DNA from: Mustelus asterias
Taxonomy: Eukaryota
DNA length: 64,000 bases
NCBI RefSeq assembly: GCF_964213995.1
Contig: NC_135809.1
Span: forward strand, 117,552,001 to 117,616,000
Direction: 5' to 3'
Part shown: one piece after another, positions 35,884 to 47,885 of the stretch
Numbering within the stretch: position 1 is the first letter of the stretch
Layout: the number at the start of each line of letters is the position of its first letter
Program-made: the position numbers and the translations under genes
The notes under the pieces: generated by a model
The model's database searches: none
What the model saw: only the letters and a program-made list of their open reading frames with translations
Told to the model about the DNA's origin: nothing

Positions 35884-36581
35884 GTCTTATAAAGCAGGAA
35901 ATCTCATAGAAAACAACAGCATATTTGGTGAAGTGACACACAGACACCCTAAGAACCTTTCAACAAAGTCATTTCTAACTGAAAAGACTTGCACAATAAG
36001 GTTTATTTTTTTGATATTTTTTTGCTATGGGTCTTCATTGCACATTGCCTTCCACTGACCTTTACCTCACTGTGCTCTTCCAGAATGCATTTTGTTCCTT
36101 TGTCACTAGTTGCATATGATCAAGGAGTAAAAAATTTAAACATTGCTTTTTCTGTGTCTAAGCAACAGGTTTCTCCATAAAAGTAAAAGTGTCAAATTAA
36201 CCACCCATTTTGGTAGCATGAATCGATGGGATACCACAGGCAGCTTTTGTTAACAGAATCTTGGCCCAAACCAGCTGGAAGTCTAGCATACGCTGATCCT
36301 TTCTTGGCACTTTGCTAGCAGCTATGTAAGCTTTGCAAAAGTGTAGCTCTTATTAAGGTCCTACTGGTATCCTTCCCTGTTGATATGCCAAGGAAACAAG
36401 CTGTTTTATGAGCCGTTGGGCAGCTGGAAAGCAAGTCCAGACAGAAACTTCAGAGCCTTGTCACCTGTCCAGTAGCTGTTACAGCTCTCGTACGTTAGAA
36501 TATGAACTGGGTGGAAAGGGTGTCATTTATAAGCAAAGCCCTGCTGTTTTGTCACATTCATTTGCACTTCTCTTCCTGCAG

Positions 36582-36770
36582 ACTAAACAGAGGAATATCC
36601 TGCGGATAGGAATCCATTCACTCGGCTCACTGTTGTGGGGGGAGGATATTGGTCTTAGTGAAAACCCCGAACATGCTTACAGTCTGACTAAATTTCTGTA
36701 TGTACTCCGTGGACTCCTCAGAACATCTCTGTCTGCCTGCATTATTACCGTGCCAGCATACCTCACCCAG
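36582..36770 (+). CDS. ELP4: ELP4 internal coding exon, probable orthologue of human exon 7
   Basis: Acceptor tttgcacttctcttcctgcag|; donor CAG|gttaga; 189 bp, phase 0/0. Encodes [63 protein letters not shown] (inside ORF 36408..36809). This closely matches recalled human [22 protein letters not shown]...[30 protein letters not shown]. Confidence 0.96.
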
Positions 36771-37025
36771 GTTAGACAGCGGAATTTATTTTACATGCAG
36801 TTTTTTTAAGTAGTTGTATTTTCAAGTAGAAATAAATCATAATTCCATAGAACACTAGTTTGCTTTTATTGGTGATGAAGCTCCTAATTTTGTGATTCTC
36901 CAACAACAGTTTGTAATTGAACAAAATATATTATTTCTAGTAGACAAGTACTCCCATTGCCATGCCATTTCAAACGTGGATGACCTGAGCAAACAGAAGC
37001 ATGTGTTCCCAACCTTTTCTATACT

Positions 37026-37128
37026 GAAATAAAAACAGAAAATGGTGTAAATACTCACCAGGTCTGGCAGCATCTGTGAAGAGGGAAACAAAGTTAACAT
37101 TTTCAGGTTATTAATCTTTCATCAGAAA
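37026..37128 (-). mobile_element. Old Penelope-type 3' end with a decayed hammerhead
   Basis: Minus strand reads CTGATGA aagattaataacct GAAA atgttaac...acagatgctgccagacctg...ttttctgttttta, homologous to 11224-11307. Confidence 0.65.
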
Positions 37129-37929
37129 GCTGTTCACACTTTGTTTTTCTGAAACCAGTTTTCAAGTCATCTAATTTTATGGGTTCATGATGGTTTAAGG
37201 CTGCCTGACAACACGGAGATATAAACTGGACCAAGAGACCATTTTTACAAGGCATCAAGGCTCTAAAATCCTCCATTCCACATATGATCAAAAGTCAGAC
37301 CATTTGCCTGCCTTTGTGCTTATAACCTAGCATCAGGTTTGCAATGTCCTAAAGCTGGTGTGTAAATACACCCTTTAAAAGTGCTACAAGTAAAGTAGGT
37401 GTGAAAAGTAAACCTTCAATGGACGATTGTACTTGGTAATGACATCAAGTTGAAGTAACCCTTCTTTATTAATCCTATCAACATTAATAAAGGAATGAAC
37501 ACTTATTGCTAACATGTTTAATGAGTACAAAGACTTAATGTAGCAGATAATTATTGAGTACATTCGTTTATTTAAAGTCCAGTGTGTTTCAGCGGTAAAT
37601 TTCTTTCAGCTACATTTAAGGTAAATGGACTGTTCAGAAAGTAGAGCACCACCTGATCATACAGGAGGGGAATAAAAATCATTCACTTTAAAGAGTTTAA
37701 AAAAGCACAGCAGCATCAGTGTTTTGATGAATAGCAATTTTTATAGCATTACTTATTGAGACATTATCCAGTCATTAATGCTTAACTTTTGAATATTCAC
37801 TTATCTTTTTATTCACAAGATGTGGGAAACAGTGGCAAAGTCTCATTTATTGCCCTTCCATAGTTACCAATGAAAGTGGTGGTTTTTTATTGTCTTAAAC
37901 TTCATTGGCATCTCTTCCTGCACCCATTC

Positions 37930-38895
37930 TATTCCCTTGGAGTCCCATCTTTCACTGACTTCTATTTCTCATCTTCATGCTGCATCTCAGCAACATGATC
38001 CAGAAGCATATCAGGTTCCACATGTTCACTGATAACACCCGACTCTACATCACCTCCACCTCTTTTGACTCTTCCACAACTCCTGATTTATTGTGTTGCT
38101 TGTCCAATAGCAACTATTAGATGAACAGATAATTGCTCCAATTAAATTTTGGGAAGACCGAAACCAATATCATCGCAAACCCCATTTCCTAGCTACCAAT
38201 TCCATCCCTCTACTTGACCACTGTCAGTGGTTGAACCAGACTGTTCCCAACCTTTGTTGAGCTTCCAATACTTTTTCCTCTCCGTCACTAAGACTGCCTA
38301 CTTCCCCTTCCATATCATCAGCTGTCTCTGCCCCTGTCTTAGCCCATCTGTTGCTTAAATCCTCATCCCTGCCTTCGTCACCTAAAATGCAACTATTCCA
38401 ATGATCTCCTGGCTGGCTTCTGACCACATACCATAGGTAAACTTGAGCTCATTCAACTCTACTGCCCATATCCTAACTCACACCCAAGTCCCTTTCACCC
38501 ATTGACCTATATTGCATCTTGGTCTGAGAGTGCCATGATTTTTAAAATCTCATTGTTCCTCCACCTAATCTCTCTCATCTCCTCAGCCCTACAACTGTCT
38601 GAGATATCTGCACTGGCCAATTCTGGCCTCTTCCGCATTCCCAATTTCCATCGCTCCATCATTGACCTTTGGCTGCCTGGGCCATAAGCTCTGGAAATCA
38701 CTCCCTAATCATATGCACCTTTTTACCTCTAATCCATTAAGATCCTTAAAATCCACCCCTTTGATCAGGTTTTTTGTCGTATGTCCAAATATTTCTGTAT
38801 GTGGCCCTTTGTCAAATTTTGACAAACTGCTACTGTGAAACAACTTGCAATATTTTACTCTTTAAAGGTGCTATATAAAAGTAAGTTATTGTTGC
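37930..38895 (+). mobile_element. Old L2 LINE 3' part
   Basis: HMFTDNTRLY (YADDTQLY-like), LQLNFGKTET; tail aaaggtgctatataaaagtaagttattgttg. Confidence 0.75.
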
Positions 38896-39539
38896 TTGTG
38901 TTGAAGATGACCACACAATGATCTTGGCTGAGAAATTCCAAGGTTTGCATCCAGCAAAGGTGAAAGAATGGTGAAGTCAAGTTGTGTAAGTTTTGGAAGT
39001 GATACTGTTCCAATGCTTTTGTTGTTTGTGGTGGTAGAGATCATGGGGCTCGGGAGTGCTGCCAAAGGAAGTGTATTCAAAGGCTCAAGGAGCAGCATCA
39101 TGTATCTGATGACCATTGAACTGCATGTTAATGTCTCTGTCTTTGATAATGTTGTCCAATATGCACCATTTTGGTTGGCTTCATCAGCAACCCTAATCTG
39201 AGTACAAACCACACTTCAGTCCTCTAGTCTGACTAGAAGTCAAAAGCATTTTGCACATCTAGTAGCCAGCCTTTTTTTCAAGAATGGAAAATGGGAGAGG
39301 AGGATACATCTGTAATGATAGTTGGTAATTTTAGGCCTGCTGTGTGTTATTCACCCTGGCAGCCTCTATACATCTTTCCATTTTCTCTGCACATAATCCT
39401 TCAGTCCTACCTTTTGCAACACAAATCCAACTGAAAGGCCCACTTCCTCTGACACAATCTGCTTGATTCAGCCTCCACTCAGCTCTCATCCCTCCCCTCC
39501 AAACTTTCCCAGGACTCCAAAGGTGGCAGACCCTTACCA

Positions 39540-40515
39540 ATAAGACGACCATCATCCCTGTACCAAAGAAAAGCCAGGCAGCGTGCCTTAATGACTACCG
39601 CCCGGTGGCTCTGACATCCATCATTATGAAGTGCTTCAAAAGGCTAGTCATGGCACAGATCAACTCCAGCCTCCCAAATTGCCCGGATTCACTACAGTTG
39701 ATATACTACATGTATCACAGCTTAGTATAGCTCCTGCTCTGACCAAGACCAGAAGAAAATACAAAGTTTTGTGAACGTAGCCCAGTCCATCACGCAAACC
39801 AGCCTCCCATTCACTGACTCTATCTACATTTCTCACTGCCTCAGAAAAGCAGCCAACATAATTAAGGACCCCACGCATCCCAGACACACGCTCTTCCACC
39901 TTCTTCTGTTGGGAAAAAGATACAAAAGTCTGAGATCATGTGCCAAGCGACTTCTGTGCTGCCATCAGACATTTGAATGAACCTACCTTATACAGAGGGC
40001 GGCACGGTAGCACAGTGGTTAGCACTGCTGCTTCACAGCTCCAGGGACCTGGGTTCGATTCCCGGCTTGGGTCACTGTCTGTGTGGAGTTTACACATTCT
40101 CCTCGTGTCTGCGTGGGTTTCCCTCCGGGTGCTCTGGTTTCCTCCCACAGTCCAAAGATGTGCGGGTTAGGTTGATCGGCCATGCTAAAAAATTGCCCCT
40201 TAGTGTCCTGAGATGTGTAGGTTAGAGGGATTAGCAGGTATATGTTAAGGGATATGGGGGTAGGGCCTGGGTGGGATTGTGGTCGGTGCAGACTCGATGG
40301 GCCGAATGGCCTGTTTCTGCACTGTAGGGTTTCTATGATTTCTATGGTTAAGTTGAAGTTTCTCTACACCCTAGCTATGACTGTAACACTACATTCTGTA
40401 CCCTCTTTTCCTTCTCCACTATGTACTCTATGAACGGTATGCATTGAGAGTATAGCGCGCAAGAAACAATACTTTTCACTGTATACCAATGCATGTGACA
40501 ATAAATCAAATCAAT
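39540..40515 (+). mobile_element. Rex/Babar-type LINE lacking the RT core, with an HE1 inserted in its 3' UTR
   Basis: TIIPVPKK...[17 protein letters not shown] jumps at about 39700 directly to the C-terminal AQSITQTSLP...KAANIIKDPTHP. Tail catgtgacaataaatcaaatc. Confidence 0.85.
39997..40346 (+). mobile_element. HE1-type V-SINE, full length and well preserved
   Basis: A and B boxes, V core, and CR1-like tail ttctatgatttctatg. Confidence 0.93.
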
Positions 40516-40552
40516 AAAGTTGTTACCATCACAGAGTGAACCCTGCTTGAAT

Positions 40553-40849
40553 TAGAATCCCTACAGTGCAGAAGGAGGCCATTCGGCCCATTGAGTCCGC
40601 ACCAACCACAGGTCTTATTCCTATAACCCCACGTATTTACTCTAACTAGCCCCCCAACACGAAGGGGCAATTTATCATAGCCACTCAACCTAACCCGCAC
40701 ATCTTTGGACTGTGGGAGGAAAGCGGAGCACCCGGAGGAAACCCACGCAGACACGGGGAGAAGGTGCAAACTCCACACAGACAGTGACCCAACCCGGTTT
40801 CCTGGCGCTATGAGGCAGTAGTGTTAACCACTGAGCCATCATGCCGCCC
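40553..40849 (-). mobile_element. HE1-type V-SINE
   Basis: Reverse complement of the full head, core and tail. Confidence 0.9.
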
Positions 40850-41392
40850 ATCTACTTCTGTGGGTTCTGGAGGGAAATGTGCCAGCCGCAACTCATGAGC
40901 TGTGCCAACAACTCTTCGTGTGATAAGAGCATGTCGGACAACAGAGAGCAATTTAATATCATACATTCATGGCAATGTATTGTTATATCCATGTCTTTTT
41001 CTATTAACCTGGATACTGATATTTTCTGTAGGCTTGCTGTGCTCAGCACATGTCACAGGCACAGATATGAGTTACTGTAGGATCCCACTTTGAGGAATCT
41101 AATTCTTACCAGCTGATGATACCAACTAGAAGGGCATCATGGGGCCACAGGAAGCATTCCCTTCCAACGCTGTTTCGGTCTAATGAAGCTAAATTGCACA
41201 GCAAAGGAAAACTCTTACTTTTAGTAGATCATGCTGATGAACAGACCTAAATGTTTTACCTGCAAGGGTGAGTCAGGAGTAGGGCTTCCAATTCTAAGGA
41301 CACAACCCATTAAAATACCATGTCATTCACACCATTTGAAATGGGGAGATATGAAAGAAAATGAGTACTTATGTACTTCTTCCCCACATAAT

Positions 41393-41519
41393 GGCCGGAA
41401 TTTTACTGGCAAGCCCACCCCGATTCTGGGAGCAGGCGAGGCTCGGAGAATGGCATTCTCCGTTGGCCTCGGGCGGGATCGTACGAACCTCAGGTGGACG
41501 TGCCGGTACAATTCCGTCC
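41393..41519. mobile_element. 127-bp MITE (PIF/Harbinger-like)
   Basis: TIRs ggccggaattttac and gtacaattccgtcc; 3-bp TSD aat at 41390-41392 and 41520-41522. Confidence 0.72.
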
Positions 41520-42009
41520 AATGTCTTCCTCTCTAATTTCAGTCACCACCCTTTATTGAACAGTTTTTATAAGTACATGGGTTTACAGCAGCCACCAGGT
41601 TGACTTTTCTCCATCTGTACTGTTCTTAGTCCATCTGCATATTAATTTCAGATGTCGCACCATATTTGCATCATGTTGTGATAGCAACAGGGCACATGTA
41701 GTCCAGGCAGCTTGCTACAGATGGACTCATGATCCGTATCTTTCCATTGGTCCTTTGTTTAGGTATTAGCATCGACTTACCTTTGTCCAAGTCATAGCAC
41801 ATCATCCTGATGTCATCCATGAACCTAAGAATCATAGAAAAGTTACACTGCAGGAAGGCCATTCAGCCCATCATGTCTGCACTGACCAAAAAGGGAAAAA
41901 AGAAACGAGCGATTCATTTTAATCCAATTTTCCAGCACCTTGTTCATAGCCTTGCAACTACAGCACTTCAGATTCAGATCTAGGCACCTTTTAAATGATT
42001 TTTAAATGC

Positions 42010-42645
42010 TATACAGACAATGCATACCATCCATAGGGAAGGAAGGGAGTGTGTGCAGAATGTAGTGTTCCAGTCATAGCTCGGGTGTAGAGAAAGATCA
42101 ACTGAGTACAACATAGGTCCATTTAAAAGTCTGATGGCAGCAAGAAAGAAGCAGTTCTTGAGTCGGTTGGTACATGACCTCAGACTTTTATATCTTTTTC
42201 TCGACGGAAGAAGGTGGAAGAAAGAATGTCTGGGGTACGTGGGGTCCTTAATTATGCTGGCTGCTTTTCTGAGCCAGCGGGAAGTGTAGACAGAATCAAT
42301 GGATGGGAGGCTGGTTTGCGTGATGGATTGGGCTACCCTTTCACCACCCTTTGTAGTTTCTTGCGGTCTTGGGCAGAGCAGGAGCCATATCAAGCTGTGA
42401 TACAACCAGAAAGAATGCTTTCTATGGTGCATCTGTAAAAGTTGGTGAGAGTTGGAGTGGACATGCCAAATTTCCTTAGTCTTCTGAGAAAGTAAAGGCG
42501 TTGGTGAGCTTTCTTAACTACAGAGTTGGCAAGGGGCCATGACAGGTTGGTGATCTGGACACCTATAAATTTGAAGCAGTCGACCATTTCTACTTCGTCC
42601 CCATTGATGCAGACAGAGGCATGTTCTCCACTACGCTTCCTGATG
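42010..42645 (-). mobile_element. Rex/Babar-type LINE 3' part
   Basis: KKAHQRLYFLRRLRKFGMS...FYRCTIESILSGCITA; KAASIIKDPTYP. Confidence 0.88.
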
Positions 42646-43064
42646 AGGGAGGAGTTTGGATTCATCTATCAGCAACCTTGTATCAGATGCATTCATGGTT
42701 AGTCTTGGTGTTTTAACCAACCCATAAAACCTTTCTCCCTATCTGTGAATCAACCAGTGAAGTGTAAGTTATTTTTATGTACAGGAGAGACATAGTAACC
42801 CTGAAATTGCACACACTGTGCTACACTACATTTACAAGTCAAGTAGCTCATTAGTCACTTTGAATTGTCTTGTTTAGCCTGACTTTCACCATTGACACCA
42901 ATGCCAAATTGATGAGAAATTGCTAGCACATCTCTTACAACATCCATGACGTATTGCATGCATAATAAACCACAGTACACCTCTCCAGATGGGATAAAGC
43001 TTAGCCATTCAAATTGCAGCAAGTAAATAATATCCCCTACTTCCTGGATCACTACCTTTGTTTC

Positions 43065-43940
43065 ATGGGAACTGGAGTAGGCCATTCAAGTTCTTATCTG
43101 TTCTGTCATAGATTATGGATAATCTGTACCTCAAATCTATTTACTGCCTTTCATGTCTTTGATATCCTTAACCAGAAAAATACATCAATCTCAATTGACC
43201 CCAAGCATGCATTGCTTTTTGGAGGATAGAGTTCCTTATTTCCACTATCTTTTGTGCGCAGAAGAAATTCTTCATTTCACTCTTATATGGCCTAGCTCTA
43301 ATTTTAAGATTATGCCCTCCTTGTTCTGGATTATCTCTTTTTTTGGTATCTATCCTGTGAAGTCCTTTTATTGTTTTAAGCATCTGAATTTGATCATCCC
43401 TCAAACATGTAAACTCAAGGGAATAGAAACGAAGTGAATGTAACCTGTGCTCCCAACTTAATCCTTTAAACCTAATATAGCCCTGGTGAATTTACGCTAT
43501 ACCCCTTCCAAGGGCAATATAAATGAACAAAGTGCCCCAAACTGAATGCAGTGCTCCAAGTGGGGACTGATCAAGGATCATACAACTGAATCATCGCTTC
43601 CTCGTGTTTATAATTCAACCGATTTGAAATTAGGGCCAAGATTCCATCAGCCTTTTTTTTTTGTGCTTATGAACCTTTCGTGGTTTGTGTATATGGATTG
43701 CTAAATTGCATAGCCTTACAGCACCTTGCCTCTCAACATTAAGATGCTCCAATTTATCTTCCTTTGACCGAAAGTGAATGACTTCACACACCCTCACATT
43801 AAACTCCAAGTATCATAGTTTTATTCGCTCACTCGATCTGTCGATATCTTATTGTAACTTCCTGTTCCAATCTACACAATTTACTACGTCTCCTAATTTA
43901 ACATAATCTAAAAATATAGATAATGAGCTCAGTGTTCTTT
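43065..43940 (-). mobile_element. Old degraded CR1 3' part
   Basis: MRDDQIQMLKTIKGLHRID...NFFCAQKIV; upstream remnant IFLDYVKLG. Confidence 0.65.
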
Positions 43941-44285
43941 TCAAGTCATTGACGTACATGGTGTAAAGCTCAGTTCCAAATTCAGATTGCTGAAAAATGC
44001 AACTTGTCACATTGTTGATTTCAGGATTTATGACCACAGGAACATGAAGCCAGGCATTGGAGGTTGTGTGAAAAAGCAATTTACCATGTCCATTAATATG
44101 TACAAAACATCCCAAGACATCTTACAGCGAAATAAAAAGAAAATACATCAGAGAATGCCAGGGAATAGGGTTAATAATAGCAGGGTGGGGAGGGGGCGAT
44201 TCAAAGAAGGTGCATTTTAGAAGATTTTTGAAGAAGGTAAAAAGGCAGAGAAGTCTTACAAGGGCATAAGAAATAGGAGCAGCAT

Positions 44286-45246
44286 CAAAGAACACAGAAC
44301 AAAGAAAATTACAGCACAGGAACAGGCCCTTCGGCTCTCCGAGCCTGCACTGACCATGCTGCCCAGCTTAACTAAAACCCCCTACCCTTCCGGGGACCAT
44401 ATCCCTCTACTCCCATCCTATTCATGTACTTGTCAAGACGCCCCTTAAAAGTCACTACCGTATCTGCTTCCACTACCTCCCCTGGCAACGAGTTCCAGGC
44501 ACCCACTACTCTCTGTATAAAAAATCTGCCTCGTACGTCGCCTTTAAACCTTGCCCCTCGCACCTTAAACCTATGCCCCCAAGTAATTGATTCTTCCACC
44601 CTGGGAAAAAGCTTCTGACTATCCACTCTGTCCATGCCTCTCATAATCTTGTAAACTTCGACTAGGTCTCCCCCCAACTCCATCACTCCAGTGAGAACAA
44701 ACCAAGTTTCTCCAACCTCTCCTCATAGCTAATGCCCTCCATACCAGGCAACATCCTGGTAAATCTTTTCTGTACCCTCTCCAAAGCTTCCACATCCTTC
44801 TGGTAGTGTGGCGACCAGAATTGAACACTATATTCCAAGTACGGCCTAACTAAGGTTCTATAAAGCTGCAACATGACTTGCCAATTTTTAAACACAATAC
44901 CCCGGCCGATGAAGGCAAGCATGCCGTATGCCTTCTTGACTACCTTCTCCACCTGCATTGCCACTTTCAGTGACCTGTGTACCTGTACACCCAGATCCCT
45001 TTGCCTATCAATACTCTTAAGGGTTCTGCCATTTACTGTATATTTCCTATCTGTATTAGACCTTCCAAAATGCATTATCTCACATTTGTCCGGATTAAAC
45101 GCCAACTGCCATCTCTCTGCCCAAGTCTCCAACTGATCTATATCCTGCTGTATCCTCTGATGGTCCTCATTGCTCTCCGCAAATCCACCAACCTTTGTGT
45201 CGTCTGCAAACTTACTAATCAATCCAGTTACATTTTCCTGCAAATC

Positions 45247-45280
<34 letters not shown>

Positions 45281-47335
45281 CAAAGGTCCCAGCACTGATC
45301 CCTGAGGAACACTACTTGTCACAGCCCTTCATTCAGAAACGTACCCTTCCACTGTTACCCTCTGTCTTCTTTTACCGAGTCAGTTTTGTATCTACCTTGC
45401 CAGCTCACCTCTGATCCCATGCGACTTCACCTTCTGCACCAGTCTGCCATGAGGGACCTTGTCAAAGGCCTTACTGAAGTCCATGTAGACAACATCCATT
45501 GCCCTACCCTCATCAATCATCTTCGTCACTTCCTCGAAAAACTCGATCACGTTCGTGAGACACGACCTCCCTTTCACAAAACCATGTTGCCTCTCACTAA
45601 TACGCCCACTTATTTCCAAGTGGGAATAAATCCTGTCTCGAAGAATCCTCTCCAATAATTTCCCTACCACTGATGTAAGGCTCACCGGCCTGTAATTACC
45701 TGGATTATTCTTGCTACCCTTCTTAAACAAAGGAACAACATTGGTTATTCTCCAATGGGACCTCTCTGGGACCTCCCCTGTAGCCAGTGAGGATACAAAG
45801 ATTTCTCTCAAGGCTCCAGCAATTTCCTCCCTTGCCTCTCTCAGTATTCTGGGGTATATCCCATCAGGCCCTGGGGACTTGTCTACCTTAATGTTTCTCA
45901 AGAACCCCAATACCTCCTCCTTTTTGATCTCAACATGACTCAAACTATCTACACATCCTTTCCCAGACTCATCAGCCACCAATTCCTTCTCTTTGGTGAA
46001 TACTGACGCAAAGTACTCATTTAATACCTCACCCATTTCCTCTGACTCCACGCATAGATTCCCTCCCTTGTCCTTGAGTGGGCCAACCCTCTCCCTGGCT
46101 ACCCTTTTGCTCTTTATGTATGTATAAAAAGCCTTGGGATTTTCCTTAATCCTGCTGGCCAATGCTTTTTCATGACCCCTTTTAGCCCTTCTTACTCCTT
46201 GCTTAAGTTTCTTTCTACTTTCCTTGTATTCCACACTTGCTTCGTGTGTTCCCAGCCTCCTAGCTTTGACAAATGCTTCCTTTTTCTCTTTGACTAGGCT
46301 CACAATATCTCTCGTTATCCAAGGTTCCCAAAACTTGCCATACTTATCCTTTATCCTTCCTTGCAGGAATGTGCCGGTCCTGAATCCCTATCAACTTACA
46401 CTTGAAAGCCTCCTACATGCCAGATGTTGATTTGCCCTCAAACGTCTGGCCCCAATCTACATTCCTCAGTTCCTGCCTAATAGTGTTGTAATTAGCCTTC
46501 CCCCAATTTAACACCTTAACTTCAGGACTACACTTATCTTTATCCATCAGTACTTTAAAACTTACTGAATTGTGGTCACTATTCCCGAACTGCTCCCCTA
46601 CTGAAACATCGACCACCTGGCCGGGCTCATTCCCCAATACCACGTCCAGTATGGCTCCTTCCCTAGTTGGGCTATCTACATACTGTTTCAGGAAACCCTC
46701 CTGGATGTTCCTCACAAACTCTGCCCCATCCATGCCCCTAGCACTAAGTGAGTCCCAGCCAATATAGGGGAAATTAAAATCTCCCCCCACAACAACCCTG
46801 TTACTTTTACACCTTGCCAAAATCTGCCTACATATCTGTTCCTCAGTCTCCCGCTGGCAGTTGGGTGGCCTATAGTAAACCCCCAACATTGTGACTACAC
46901 CTTTCCTATTCCTGAGCTCTACACATATTGCCTCGGCTGAATGAGCCCTCCGAGGTGTCCTCCCGCAGTACAGCTGTGATATTCTCCTTGACCAGTAGTG
47001 CAACTCCCCCACCCCTTTTACATCCCCCTCTATCCCGCCTGAAGCATCTGTATCCTGGAATGTTAAGCTGTCAATCCTGTCCTTCCCTTAACCAAGTCTC
47101 TGTAATGGCAACAACATCATAGTTCCTAGTACTAACCCAAGCTCTAAGTTCATCTGCCTTACCTGTTACACTTCTCACATTAAAACAAATGCACTTCAGT
47201 CCACCAGACCCTCTCTGATTAGCAATCCTACCCTGCCTGCTGTTTCTCTGAGTCTTACTGGCCCAACTCTCTGGTGCCCCTTCAGCTAATTCACCTTTGC
47301 TTTGGTTCCCACCCCCCTGCCAAACTAGTTTACAT
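44286..47335 (-). mobile_element. CR1 LINE with near-complete but frameshifted ORF2
   Basis: ORFs 46413..47012, 45392..46303, 44683..45312 and 44372..44686 carry EN (GDFN, SDHN) and RT (KFADD) motifs. Tail is (ttctttg)n-like. Confidence 0.95.
45250..45277. repeat. (TA)n microsatellite inside the CR1 RT region
   Basis: An uninterrupted TA run lies between the LGPLL and INDL codons. Confidence 0.9.
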
Positions 47336-47339
47336 CCTC

Positions 47340-47885
47340 AGTGAGACCACACCTGGAGATCTGCATGCATTTTTGGTCTCCTTATTTAAGGAGGTATATA
47401 TTTGTATTGGAGACAGTTCAGAGAAGGTTCACTAATTTGATTCCTGGGACGAAGCGGCTGTCTTATGAGAAAAGGTTGTAGGCATCAGGTTTTACAAGAA
47501 TGAGAGATGATCTTATTGATATGTGTAAGATTCTGAGGGGTCTTGACAGGGTAGAGCCTGAGAGGATAGTTCCCCATATGGCAGAATCTAGAACAAGGTG
47601 GGACACAGTTTCAAAATAAGGGTATTCCATTTAAGACAGAGGAGGAGGAGGAAGTTTTTTTTCTGAGGTTTGTGAATATTTGGAATTCTCTACCCCCAAG
47701 AGCAGTGGAGGTTGTGTGATTAGATTTAAGGCTGAGTTTAAAAGATTTTTGATCGACAAGGGAGTTGAGGGTTATCAAAGACATGTAGAAGATTAGAGTT
47801 AAGGCCGCAATCATATCAGATCCTATTGAATAGCAAATCAGTCTTGGGCAGCCAATTGGCCTATTCCTCCTATTTCTTATGTTCT
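47340..47885 (+). mobile_element. Older CR1 3' end
   Basis: VRPHLE...ETVQRRFT...; tail cctatttcttatgttctc. Confidence 0.8.

Noticed and set aside
39997-40075. tRNA-like sequences at SINE heads
   Set aside because: They have A and B boxes but run straight into SINE bodies, so they are not tRNA genes.
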